A DNA stretch of 62,438 nt, the filler included, from Choristocarpus tenellus KU-1152 (lineage: Eukaryota; Protista; Phaeophyceae), in the NCBI GenBank assembly GCA_964200185.2. It is 13 parts of 13 records of this genome, joined end to end, with 100 filler letters (N's around TTAATTAATTAA, not from the genome) between each part and the next. Parts side by side here need not be neighbours in the genome. Positions count along the whole stretch, not along the records: positions 39,083 to 45,124 come from CAXNAD020009091.1; positions 45,225 to 49,085 come from CAXNAD020017521.1; positions 49,186 to 51,929 come from CAXNAD020025123.1; 10 more parts are not named here. One strand, 5' to 3'. The notes beneath the pieces were generated by a model, which worked only from the letters and a program-made list of their open reading frames with translations, did no database searches and was not told where the DNA came from. This document shows positions 39,800 to 52,029 of the stretch, piece by piece; positions within the stretch are counted from its first letter, which is position 1, and the number at the start of each line of letters is the position of its first letter. The position numbers were made by a program, and so were the translations under genes.

Positions 39800-41520
39800 A
39801 TCAAGAGCCAGCGCTGCACGAGCCAACCAAAAGCAGAGGCTGACATTGAGGGACTGGCACAACATATTGGGTCACATCAACCCGTCAGCAATCAAGCATC
39901 TCGAGAAACGTGGACTTCTGGAGATCACTGGCGCTACTGTGGCGTCAGAACTGCAGTGCGAGACCTGCAAGGAATGCAATCCGAGGCCTTAAGCTATCAA
40001 CGGGGTGGCAGGACACCCAAGCAGCCCAGTGAGGTTGTCCACATGGATTTGGTGGGACGTTTTCAAGGAGACATCACTGGTCATAAATATTTCCAGGTGT
40101 TTGTAGATGAGAGCAGCAAAGACAAGAGGGTTTATAGATTGAAAACAAAAAACGCAGCGACGGACACAACCGCTGCCTATATCGACCAGATGGCCAGGGA
40201 AGGTAGACAAGTCCAGTGCATCAGTGTGGATCGTGCTGGCGAGCTTGGGAGATCGGTGAAGTCCCCAAGGATGCTGGCGAACAATGGTACCCGATGGAGG
40301 AAATTGCCGCCGAGAACACCACAACGGGATCGCCGAAAGGGCGATAAAGCAACTCATAGGGGCAGCAAGGAGTCAACTGGCAAAGGCTGGGCTAGGTGAT
40401 GAGTACTGGTTCTTTGCCATCATGGGCGTCGCCTTCAAAACCGTAGGCATGCCATACGAATACCTCGGAGGAGAGATGCCATGCGAGCGTCTAACAGGTA
40501 AATCTTTCAACTATGATAGGCTTCGAACCTGGGGGAGCGAGTACTATGTTACCAGGACAGGCAGCAGAGGGGAGCCGGTTCAAAGTTTCACCCATACGCC
40601 AAGCGGGTTATAATCATGGGACATGACCGTACATCACTGTGTTGGTACATCTGACTTCCTCAAGAGGCCAAGTTGGTAACCTCAGCCCAAGTGACGTTTC
40701 AGCCAGACGAACACATCATGGACTTCATGGGGGAGAGAGAGACCATGACTTTTACCGATGATGAAGAGATTGTCAATAATGAAGACGACTCTGATGGGGA
40801 TTTTGATATTGCAGACGATCCAATACCACAAGCAACAGCCCCGAGCAAGAACTCGGCAAGTTCACCTAGTGGACAATGGAGGTCAGCCAGGATAGCTGAA
40901 CAACCCAAGGTGGTCTACAGGGGTTTACACTCTGGTGACACCCAGGAACTGGGAGAACATATAGTCAATTTACTCAGAGCAAAAATGGATGAAGTCTACT
41001 GTTTGATGAGCATCGGAGGTGACATCTGTTCATATTCAAGATCAAACACACAGCCAATGGAGACATTGAAAGTTCAAGGCCAGGCTGGTGACACGGGTTT
41101 TTTCCCTGCAAGAAGGGGTGGACTACTTCAGCACATTCAGTCCAGTGGTGGCATTCAACCGGGATGAGGCTGGCATCACACTGGACTAGTGTTTCTATGT
41201 AGAGAGCATTGTTCGTAAAGGAATGGGACCCACAGCACTACAATATACAGACATCTTGACCAAAAGATTACGTAAGAAACAGGTAGAAGACATTGTAGAC
41301 ACTGTGTTGACTAGATGAATGTCGCATGTTAAAGGGAAACAATCTGCGTTCCTTTTACTGCATTGACAGGATAAATGTGATGTGTGTGAGAGTTTAATCA
41401 ATTTTTTTACTTCCACTCTCATGGGGGAATGCGCAGAATGAGACGTTTTAGGTTTGAGAGTTCCAGCAACCCTTCATTGCTTGCACTCTTATCGGGGAGT
41501 GTGCAAAATAGGACAATAGT
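39800..41520 (+). mobile_element. Degenerate Ty1/copia retrotransposon (pre-integrase, integrase, RT scraps, duplicated PPT at ~41423 and ~41494)
   Basis: Motifs WHNILGHINP...CETCKEC; EVVHMDLVG; KYFQVFVDESSK; NGIAERAIK. Most of RT and RNase H is deleted. GGGGAG-TG-TGCAAAATAGG matches the PPT/LTR start at 55146. Confidence 0.92.
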
Positions 41521-43268
41521 GAGGTGTACCTTATTTTGTGTATGAGAGATTATCGTTTTGACTGAGTCCACGTGATGTAACTAATGAGACAGTACATCCG
41601 GATTATGAATGGGATTATGTATGGGTTTTTATTTTGCATTCAACTACTTTGACATAACCGTTGACTTATGTAGGAAACAAATAATAATAAAATAAGCAAT
41701 AGGAAGACACCCTACAAAGGTCACTCTTCTAATTCCATCCATTCTTTCCACGTTCAGCAATGGGGAACCGTGTGAGGCTTCCCACCTTCTTGTCTTCACT
41801 ACTGATAACTAGCGTTACATCCCAAGGTAAATTGCACAAACCTAAGCCTATTGGTCATAAAACCCTCACCTGAACAATAAACTAACCGGAAAAAAAGGCA
41901 CAGTGAATTTTTTGCATTGTTCATGAAAACACAAGGCCAACAGACCCTAACTGCCTACCCGGTCTGAAAACATTGAAAATCCGACATATGAAACTGAACA
42001 AGCCAAAAATAGCTATACTGAAAAAAAGGCCCTAAATTGACGCTCAACACTCCCCCCTCAGATACTCTGGCCCGCAACTGTTTCCCTTACTTGTAATTAA
42101 CTAGTGCCAGCACAATAACTGCAGCAACAGTAGCACTTAAAGCGCTTTGGAGGTGGAAATAATGGGAAGGGACGGACCACTTGTTTGCAGTAGTGTATGC
42201 ACAAGAAAAGAGGACAAGGGAATGAAGTTATCAGCAACAAGGAGAAAAAGCAATATACCAGAGACGCATGCATTCAAGGGAGTTTGCAAGGGGCATCTTG
42301 GAGGAGAACATAAACTTCGTCGATCAACATCGGACATGATTATAGACCACTGGCAGACTTCAACTCACTAGTCAGCTCCAATGTTCAGAATTAAACTTTC
42401 ACAAAGAAACTTGCCCAGGTGGCCTAGAGATGTTGATCTCATGTCTATTTTATGGTCAAAACAAATTTTGTGCGATCGCTTTCAAAAGAAGGGGATTGGA
42501 ATGCTGGCAAATTACCTTGCAGTACTTTATTTTTTTTTGCACATGTATATGGGAGAGGTGAAAGTCCCTACGTGACATTGCTTCAGCGTCTGCATGATAC
42601 CCTGGTTCAGTCGTCCTTCAAATGCTACCTGCTTCTTTCCCCAAGAAGGGCTTCTCACAAACCAGATTATTATCGTATGTATGCACTGTATGGTAGAACC
42701 ACAATGGTACAAAATTTCTACTATCATTGGTTGCTATGTCAATTCTTTCGTAAAGGACCTATCACTGTGCAACAGAGGCTGTATAACTGCTGGGAGCTTG
42801 TGACCAGCAACATAGAGTCAAAAGAAATTGAGGCAAAGAAATACTTACAGTTCCACAGACAGGTGTGTGGTTCCGTATAAGCTTTGTTTTGGTAATCACC
42901 ATATTTGATGACTGGCGTGAAATTACGTAGGATCTGTCAGATCCTACCAATATTTTGAGCTCACACAAGTCAACATTGAACTCCTACCTGTTGCCATCAT
43001 TCCAAGTATGCATTCGTTGAACCGTTTGGTGTATTCGTCCACTCTTTGGATAGTGCAGTTTGTCCTGGAGAGCATAGTAGTATCAATAGCATGGATATCT
43101 ATAAACACAAACCTACTTGGTCTTACCCATGTATTGCATACATACTTGAGAGTACACAGTGAGTGATGAGAGTGTAATTTTGTCCTGGAGTTGTGTGTAG
43201 CATCAATAGCACCGATCTCCAAAAATACAAACCTGCTTGGTCCTATCGACGTATTGCATACATCCTTG

Positions 43269-43483
43269 TAGTGAAGTATCTTAGAGGGTACGAGTTTTGG
43301 GCATTTTATGACGTTTTACCTACTCCGAAATGTTTTGGAGTAGGTAAAATATATACGTTATGAAAAGGTGTGTCCGGAACAAGGGTATTGATACTTCCTA
43401 ACAAAACACCATAGCCAAAATTACATCAAAGTCGCAACATTGGATTTTTGGATGCAACTCTGCCCTCGAAGATACTTTAACTC
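43269..43483 (-). mobile_element. MITE family A copy (internally deleted) inserted in the second unit of a ~120-bp tandem duplication; TSD TTG
   Basis: TIRs are present. The first unit (~43040-43165) gives the empty site CATAC-TTG-AGAGTACACA. Confidence 0.9.
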
Positions 43484-44787
43484 TTGAGAGTACACATACT
43501 GTGAGTGATACTAAGCATTTCTGTCAACTTCACTTCTGGTGTTATATCTATCCCCACAGTTATTAACTGCTGCAGCTGCTGCGCTGCATTAGCGATTCTC
43601 AACTACCAGTTGGCAAGAAGGGCACAACAATGAAAAAATGTACGGAACACTGCCTTCAAGGTCATTGTAAGAATAATTCTGGTACAGTCAACTCTTACCC
43701 TAGTTTACCGTGTTACCCTCCCAACAAAAGATATCCAGCTGACACAACCCACACATTAATGAAGTGCACAGGTGCCTCCCACCCTCACGCCCTCCACAAT
43801 GCCTGCTCTGTCTTGTGTAACCGACCATATGCCGTATGACCCATGGTTCGAATTCTTGCTGCATCCAACCGGTTGGGTAGCCATAGTACTAAGCATTGTC
43901 GGCATTCACCACTGCAGCAATATCAATACTTGATTAAGGGATAACAGTACTCTATTAACGATGGTACTACTCACAATGCACATAGTGCTCTTGTGTGTGT
44001 ACACAGGATAGTACAGCATGGCATGCAGCAGACTTGAGTATCCAACGGAAAGCAGAATGCAATTTAGATTGAATTTATCTATTCAGTCCATTGAAACAAT
44101 CAAAATCGCGCTCAGTTTCCTTTTCCACACACATGTCTAGAATTAAAAGCTTCATTCAAACCAACAAACCGTGTGCTAAAAACACCAACAAGCGGTAACC
44201 CTGACAATTAAAGTGTCCCATCACAAGCTCTGAGGTCATCGCGGCTCACCAAGCACATCGATTTGCACACCCCGGTCCTCCTCACTATATCCCACTTCCT
44301 CAAATGAGGAGCAGAAGGCTGGCACAAATGGACTGATAGGCAGCCGTAGGCATCCCCGAAATGTTGCACGTAGTCTGGCCCAAACCACATCCATGCCCTC
44401 ATTGTAGAGAGAGTAGACAGTTACAGCCTTTACGAAAAAAAATAATGCAATGTATAATACCCCCATTGGGAGCACAAGGCGAGGTGAGGAAGGGTCAGTT
44501 ACGCTCTGTAAAGTACATTGTGCTACTGTTAGCATATGTTAGCAAACAAAATATGCTGCTGATCGAATTTCAAGGGTGAGACACAGAGCGCAGGCGGTGC
44601 AGAGCAGCAGGGAACGCTTCCCGCAAGGCGTGAGTGTTCTTACCCTGGTCAATAGAGTCGCCTCAGTGATATTTGTCTTGTAGTATAGAACATGTTGGGG
44701 GGTGTTCTGAAATACCAAGCATAAGTCACTCATCTACAAATGTACACTAAACAGGGGGATCATCGAGGGTCTATATTGGAAGGGTTG

Positions 44788-45045
44788 GAGTTAAAGTATC
44801 TTAGAGGGTAGAGTCGCGTCCATTTCGGGCCAAATTCCAATGTTGCAATTTTGATGTAATTTTGGCTATCATATTTGTTAGGAAACGCCAATATCCTTGT
44901 TGCAGAGACTCCTTTTCATAACATATACATTTTACCTGCACCAAACCATTTTGGAGTAGGAAAAATGTCATTAAAAATCCGTGGGAAATCAAACCCCAAA
45001 TGGACAAACAGGGAAAAACTCATACCCTCTAAGATACTTTCACTC
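44788..45045 (+). mobile_element. MITE family A copy, 4-bp TSD GTTG
   Basis: GTTG|GAGTTAAAGTATCTTAGAGGGTA ... TACCCTCTAAGATACTTTCACTC|GTTG. Confidence 0.92.
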
Positions 45046-45377
45046 GTTGGACAATAAAAAAATAAGTGGAATACACCAGGGTAAATGACACAGCAGTCAG
45101 GGGAATGGGAGGGGAATGGGAGGGNNNNNNNNNNNNNNNNNNNNNNNNNNNNNNNNNNNNNNNNNNNNTTAATTAATTAANNNNNNNNNNNNNNNNNNNN
45201 NNNNNNNNNNNNNNNNNNNNNNNNAATACATTTTTTGGAATGTGTGGGTGAGACATTTGAAAGCAAGCCTTTTGTCGAACAAATGCAAAACAAACCCAAT
45301 CAGAGTTCTCTTCACGGAGTCACAAACAGCAAGGAGGAGAGCACAAAATTCAAGGACGTCAAAACACACATGCATGA

Positions 45378-45580
45378 AATAAATACTAGACTGGCACTGT
45401 AATTGCTAGGGTTCTTGGAAATGGTGATACCTAAAACCCTAAAACCCTAACCCTAACAATGTAAGCAACTCACAGGGAATAAATACTAGACTGGCACTGT
45501 AATTGCTAGGATTCTTGGAAATCGTGATACCTAAAGCCCTAAAACCCTAACCCTAACCCTAACCCTAACAATGTAAGCAG
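45378..45580. repeat. ~100-bp tandem duplication containing CCCTAA/CCCTAAAA telomere-like repeats
   Basis: AATAAATACTAGACTGGCACTG...CCCTAACAATGTAAGCA occurs twice with different CCCTAA copy numbers. Confidence 0.9.
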
Positions 45581-46199
45581 AAGATACAATTGTACATATA
45601 AAACTGCTGAAAAAAATAAGCGCGTGCACAAAGGTGTCTAGGGCGCATGATTTCAAGGAGGAAAGAGGGCTTTGTGAGGGGAGAGATGAAATGTGAGGGA
45701 GCTGAGAAACATTCTGAAGGCCAGTTGAGGTGCATTGCCCCAGTCCGAGAACATTGAAGTCATCATGACATGATATGAAGGCAAGGGTGAGGTAAGACTC
45801 GAAAGATATAGATAGGGTGTGATTTTCATGTGAGGCTCTTGTGGTATAGAAATGGGTTTGTTGTTGTGGGTTCAAAAGTGCATTAAGGGGTGGTGAGATG
45901 GTATGGAATATACACCACATGCGAGAACAAGACAAAGGAAACTCGAAGAGAGACGGGGAGGGAGAAAGGAGGAAGACTATGACCTAGGATACCCAAAAGA
46001 ATGCAAACCACGTACAGACGGAGAACTTTGTATGGACCAAAGGTGATCCTAGAAAGAATTCTTACTCGGGTTCCCTGCAGTCAAAGGTTGTATTTCACAC
46101 TTAGGAATTGTTAGGTAAATCTCAACAAGAGTAGGCATGGAGACACTTTGACACTAGTTCTCATCCTTCCTCCCCTGTCACCCACTATCACAAAATCAA

Positions 46200-46471
46200 C
46201 GGACCTTAGTATACCTAGCTGATGTCCGATTCCTTGACCACCGACGAACCTTCCGTCGCATGCAAGACCCCTCAACCCAAAGAGCCCCGTAACCCAACCG
46301 GGACCACCAAAACATCCCAGACCTCCCACTTCTGTGATCTGCGGGTCGCCCAAGGGCTAAGAGATTTCTAGTGTCTGGGGTGGGTGGAGGTGCAACGAAA
46401 GCACATGCCGCACATCCCGACACCGCGGCCGCCAACGCAAGGATACATGCTGTACCAGGTGGGTGCCGCAC
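46200..46471 (-). CDS. Exon encoding a bipartite plastid-targeting presequence (mature protein unknown)
   Basis: ACILALAAAVSGCAACA-FVAP is a signal peptide with an ASAFAP-like motif, followed by an R/S-rich transit-like region and a GT donor. The start codon was not located. Confidence 0.5.
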
Positions 46472-49400
46472 TGATCAAGATTCAAAATGATGTTGACGAA
46501 ACAAGACGGGATAGGATGGACGAAAGCACTCAGTTGGTTCGTGGAGGCTTCATGTAGAGGATCATTACAACAGTGAGAGTCGAGGTCCAAGTGCCGAGGC
46601 AGCGACAAGGGGAGGAGGAGCAAGAGGTTGACTGCTGATTCGCTAGTATGAACTAAATCTTCCATTACAACGGCTTATCTTGACCAGAACAAATTTCGAG
46701 ATCTGGGAGAACATGGCAACATTGCTCAGTCTAAAAGTAAGACTCGCTGACAAACAGAACGAGTCACTTGTTGCAGACACTGGATATCCTGGACACAACA
46801 AGAACTCGATCAAGATGCGCAATGAATGACTTAAAAATCCATCATGCTTTGGCGCCCTCAAGAGCAAAGTCACGGGCGTGCCTGCAAGCTTGCCGCATCC
46901 CTTCCCTGAGGAGCAACCGCTCAGCGTGGATTCAACCTGCGGAATGCGTAGCTCCATGAGGTGCCGTTTGCCATAACAGATTGAATTCGATTGTTGCAGT
47001 TGCACCAAATCCATTTCGGACAGATCCTCGGCCGGTTGCCCTTCACCGCATTGTCTTGAAGGTGAAGTCTTGGTATGATTGCGGCATGTTGCAAGGGGTC
47101 TTGAAGTTTCCTGATCACAAGTCCTACGACTTTCCAAGAACGCACAGTGGCAAGAGATGCATGAAAGAGAGTATGGACTAGACATAATCTCCTCAACCTC
47201 TCGATACGTTTCCCTCCCACCCCTGTGCAGCTTCCTCGTCTCGCGGCTCAGACGGTCAACCCGATAGAGAAACCTGATGAAGTGTCAGTAGTATTGTTGG
47301 TTCATACTCGCCTCCCAAGGTGAGATGATACTACTTCAAACAATTTTTTTGAGGAGTTTTGACGACACAAACAAATTCAAAAATGTACCGTCGTGCACCT
47401 ACGACATGTTCTCTCATTATATAAAATATCCCAGTCCATATCCACAAATAATTGAACCGGTCCATGTCCATATCCGGTCTGGTCCCAGAGGTTATTTATA
47501 TGTCCCACTCCATCTCCATTAGGTATTTAACCACTCCATGTCCACAAGGTATTGTACTGGTCCATATCCACCAGCTTCCCAGTCTAAAAACTTTCCTTGC
47601 ATGTCCGGACCATGGCAACCAATGAGTTCGATTTTGCTCTATCATGTCCAGACAATGTCCACTACGTACGTGTTATCACATACGCATCACAATCACCTCA
47701 ACTGTCAGAACCATCTTCCAAAGAAGGTATACCTTGAAGGTAACCTATCCTGAAGAATACTGATATTCATATGGCATTTATTTGTTCTTGCATGTTAAAG
47801 GAAACATCTGCTTGAAGCAAATAGTGGGTGATTTGAGGGGACCTTGCAAACATCCCTCACATTCACTTTCCACTTGTTCACTTTTTCCACAGTGATCTTC
47901 TGAGGGATTGCTCTCTCTCTCTTGCCTTGTCTTTCTTCATTTTTTCGCCTCCTGTGGGTCTTCCCAGTCCCTCAGTATGAACAACTTGTCGGCTTGTTTC
48001 CAACTCTTTCACACAACCACTCCAAAAAAAGCGTAAGGTGATACCAGTAGCTTCGCCCTCTATGGCGATCTTGAATTTGTTCACGGGAACGTCACAACAG
48101 ATATACAACAATATGTATCTCAAATGAAAGAGTATGACAAGAGCTTTTGAAAAGGGTTGACTGGATTTTGTTGAAATTCGGGGAACGGGAGCTATGTCCC
48201 AATCAAATAACGGAAAAAACGCGGGGGAATATCTCCGGCGCGATTTTGAAGGTCACGACTTCAAAATCAACAAAAAATGATGTGGTTGGCTGAACTCCTT
48301 GCAGAAAACTGGTCCGGGATAGGTCCCTGTCTATGTTTGGCTGCTGAGATGTTCCCGAAAAAAGTTTCAAAATTTCCGAACATCTTTTTAACACCTTTGT
48401 GGACTTTCTGTGAGGACACACACACGCGACTTACACAGCAACATGCACCGCGATGCTGAGACGAGGAGAGCCGCCGAGGCCACTCTGCCCTCTGGATCTA
48501 CCCTCGGCACCCTCTCTGTCGAGAGGGCCCGAAAAAACAAGTACCGTGTGAAACTCAGTGCGATGTTAGGTGACAAGAAAGTGCCAGTAGTGTAGCGCAG
48601 CAGCATGATCGAATCGCGAAATGGACGACGCGGTCGCAACACTGATGCTGAGAGAAGATGCATTGAAAGCATTACCGCACAAACGTGGTTGGATCTTCAA
48701 CCACGTCGGAGCACTGCTCTGCAGTCTCTGCCACCTCGGAAAAGCATGAAGAGAACAGCGAGTCCATCATCAAGTGTGGTACAGTGACGAAGTCTGTGGG
48801 GAAGCATGGTCACGGCAGGCGAAGGGAGAACCAGAGTGGCCGCCCGAAGGGAAGGTTGGGGAGGAGAGAAGTGCGACTATGTGCCATTGCGCTCAGGAAA
48901 TGCCTACGCGAAAACCCGGGTGTAGAATATCTTAATAGTTTGGTAAAATATGGAAATAACTCGAAACACGGGACCACCACATAATAGGATAGATGTCAAG
49001 CGAGTCCATAATAATTTCAGTGTGATGGAGGAAGCGTACAATTTGGATAGTTTTTGAAAGCTGCATTATAGCTACAGGGTGACAGNNNNNNNNNNNNNNN
49101 NNNNNNNNNNNNNNNNNNNNNNNNNNNNNTTAATTAATTAANNNNNNNNNNNNNNNNNNNNNNNNNNNNNNNNNNNNNNNNNNNNGCCTCATGCTAGAGG
49201 AGAGAGGTCAAATATCGTCCCCTCCACCCCACCCCCACTCTCCCTCCCCCTTGCCAGCTCCAATCAATAGTGCACATAAAATGTGGAGCAAAGCCAACAC
49301 TTCAAGATCTAGAAAGGACCTATAATCGAAATATATCTGCTTAAAATGTTTTTACTCCATGATAGATACGTATATGTAGTTTTAAAGCTAGTATCTTTCC

Positions 49401-49991
49401 CACCAGAACAAACGGTTACATATACTCTGTGAGTAAAACATATGGAAGGCGGTAAGTCTCATTCTTTATATATTCTGTCTCCATCTTATTGTATTGCTTC
49501 ACCAATCAAGTCTGTTGGAAAGAGCAGCAGGAGGTACAACACTGTTTAGTGATGTCTATCTATGCACACTATGTCTTGACTGTGCAAACAAAGATCAAAT
49601 TACACTATCGCACATCTCGTAACAAACAGAAAGTTGTATCGAACCATTAGCGATTCTCTGCCCTGCCCTGGAAAACACTTAAAACCATTAGAGCTAGAGC
49701 ACTATCACTGCACTTTTCCTCTCCCTGGCAAGGACATTGTGAAAACAACAGGTACAGTATCTAGTTGAGATGCCCACCAGTTGAACGTTAGCAAGGTCAC
49801 ATATTCTTGAGCGCAAGAGATGAAAGAGCAATAGGTCATCGCAAGACAGATTAACTTCACCTCCACTTTCTACTTCAACCTCTCGTCATCAACAAAGCAA
49901 AGGGCCACACCCAAAAACTCGATCCCATCTCTCCCCTGCGCTGCTTTCGCACATCATCATACCATATTTTGATATTTATACCATCTCTCAC

Positions 49992-51150
49992 GTTATCTTT
50001 TCTCCAGCGTCCAGTATTTTGTAGTTGTTAGCCTGAAAGTATGCTACAATCTCTGCCGCTGTCTGCTTTAGAGTCTTGGCCCCCTCCTCTGTTGAATCAG
50101 GACCCGGGAGAACGTATGTTGCGTCTTTGTACCTTGTGGGAAAGTGGAAGGGACACATGACTGGAATTTGTGATTGTGCATGCTTACTATTGATGAAGAT
50201 TGGCTGCAATAGTTTGACAGGTTGTGCGCCATGGAGAGTGATGGCAGCTTCATCACAGGCACTGGTGACTACTTCTGGAGGCTGGCATCCAGTTTACTCC
50301 TGAAAACTGCTCACTTCGTCTTCGTTGCACGCTTGATTACCGACCAAAGCCCTGGAAATGAGAGGGCGTACAGCCCCAGCGTTGTGTAGTAGCTATAATT
50401 CGAATAGCTAGGACCCCCTCCATCTTCTCCGAGAAGGAGGGAAGGTAGGGAGCCAGCTGTTGCCCACAGATCTCCACCTGCAGACCCGAGACTAAAGGTA
50501 GCGAAAGCATCCTTAGCTGCAAGAACGCTATCTGCTGCAGCTGTTAGCTCCCCCGTGAGAATTCCAGACATTGTTGGTGCTGCTTGGTTAGTGCGGCATG
50601 GCAACCTTGTCCCTGGACACAAGATGCCATCAAGATGGGGGCGCGAACGTTAGACATTGGCTGAAGGCGAAACATGAGGGTGAGAGGCTACCATGGGGGC
50701 TTGGTCTTTGGGTATGTGCATTCCGAGAGTTCCATCCGTGGGAGTTCTCGAGAGTGACAGAACCAGGAGGTATACTCTACACCACAAAGCGAGACTTTGC
50801 TACAAACGTAGCAAGAGTTTACACTAATTGAGGGGGTTGGCGTTGATCCATCCTGATGACACGGTTGAAAATAGGAACGAAGACGGTTTCAGACGAATTG
50901 AAAAATCAAAACTCTCGGCCTTCAGTATAGTCTTGTTACAAGGCATCACAACTACCATTCCTGTGCTTGGTGGCCACATCCTCCGCTACTCACAAGACGA
51001 CTTGGAGTAGGTCCCTACAGTGAATGAACCCGTTGGTTTGTTGGTCACAAAAGCTTTCCCTATCCCCCCTGTCATGCGCAAGGCCTGAGCCAGCCCTGCC
51101 AGCTCATGACCAACAAGGCAACACACCAAATAGATAGTCAAACGCGTCAT
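49992..51150 (-). CDS. CCB1: CCB1 (cofactor assembly of complex C subunit B), 5' part: exons 51150-50994, 50612-50315, 50132-49992
   Basis: Splicing is phase-consistent with an N-terminal presequence. YSNYSYYTTLGLYALSFPGLWSVIKRATKTKYKDATY...KQTAAEIVAYFQANNYKILDAGEKIT matches plant/algal CCB1 (SYYTSLGLF..SVPGLWSLIKRS...AGEI..FF..NNF...D.GETIT). Confidence 0.9.
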
Positions 51151-52029
51151 GTAATATTGTGATGCCTGGCACGTGTAACAGCACCCCAATACTCAGAAAA
51201 CAGCGGCGTATGTAACCCTTGACTAAAGTACTCCACAGCTCGCTTCCCTGGCGGACTTCTGGCTTCTCCTGCAGACTTGCAATGACAGGAAGTTGTGTTT
51301 GTGATTCAAGTTAGGTTGGTGCTACATGACACCGCGCGCTAATTATTGCACGGTACACACGCACCTCAAAACAATAACAATCGTCAAATATTTTAGTAAC
51401 GATAAATTTGACTTTTGGCGTATCATGGTTATGGGTTTGAAGTATACAAAAATAATAACGGGTGCTCACTGTCAAGAGGCGGGGATTGTCGTATGTTCAG
51501 ACGGTAGGTCAGGCAAATCTTCTTCGTCTGCTTCAACTGCGATGTGATGAGCTCTTCCCTCTTTCCTGGTGCGCTGGTGGTGTTGCCATTTCTATTGCCA
51601 AAAAAGCTCAGAATGTGAGCGTGAAAACAGAATTGCAGCAGGAGTGGGTGAATGTGATTTCTTGGTCATGCAACCTCTCCCTTGGACCTCCATCCTTCGG
51701 AAGAACTACAACAATAACATCTGCGTGTTAGTATGCCTGTTTTATGAATTAATTTATTTCTCGTTGGGCTGGGTCGTACGAACTAGGATCCTGTGTATGT
51801 TTTCGTTTTGTTCAATTAGTAGCAAGGTGTGAGATAGTCTACGGGGGGGGGGGGGGGCACTTTTAGGCCCCTGAAAAGAAGGATGTTGAAACCAGCAAAT
51901 TCATCTGCAAAAATCTGGGTTTGGGGAAGNNNNNNNNNNNNNNNNNNNNNNNNNNNNNNNNNNNNNNNNNNNNTTAATTAATTAANNNNNNNNNNNNNNN
52001 NNNNNNNNNNNNNNNNNNNNNNNNNNNNN

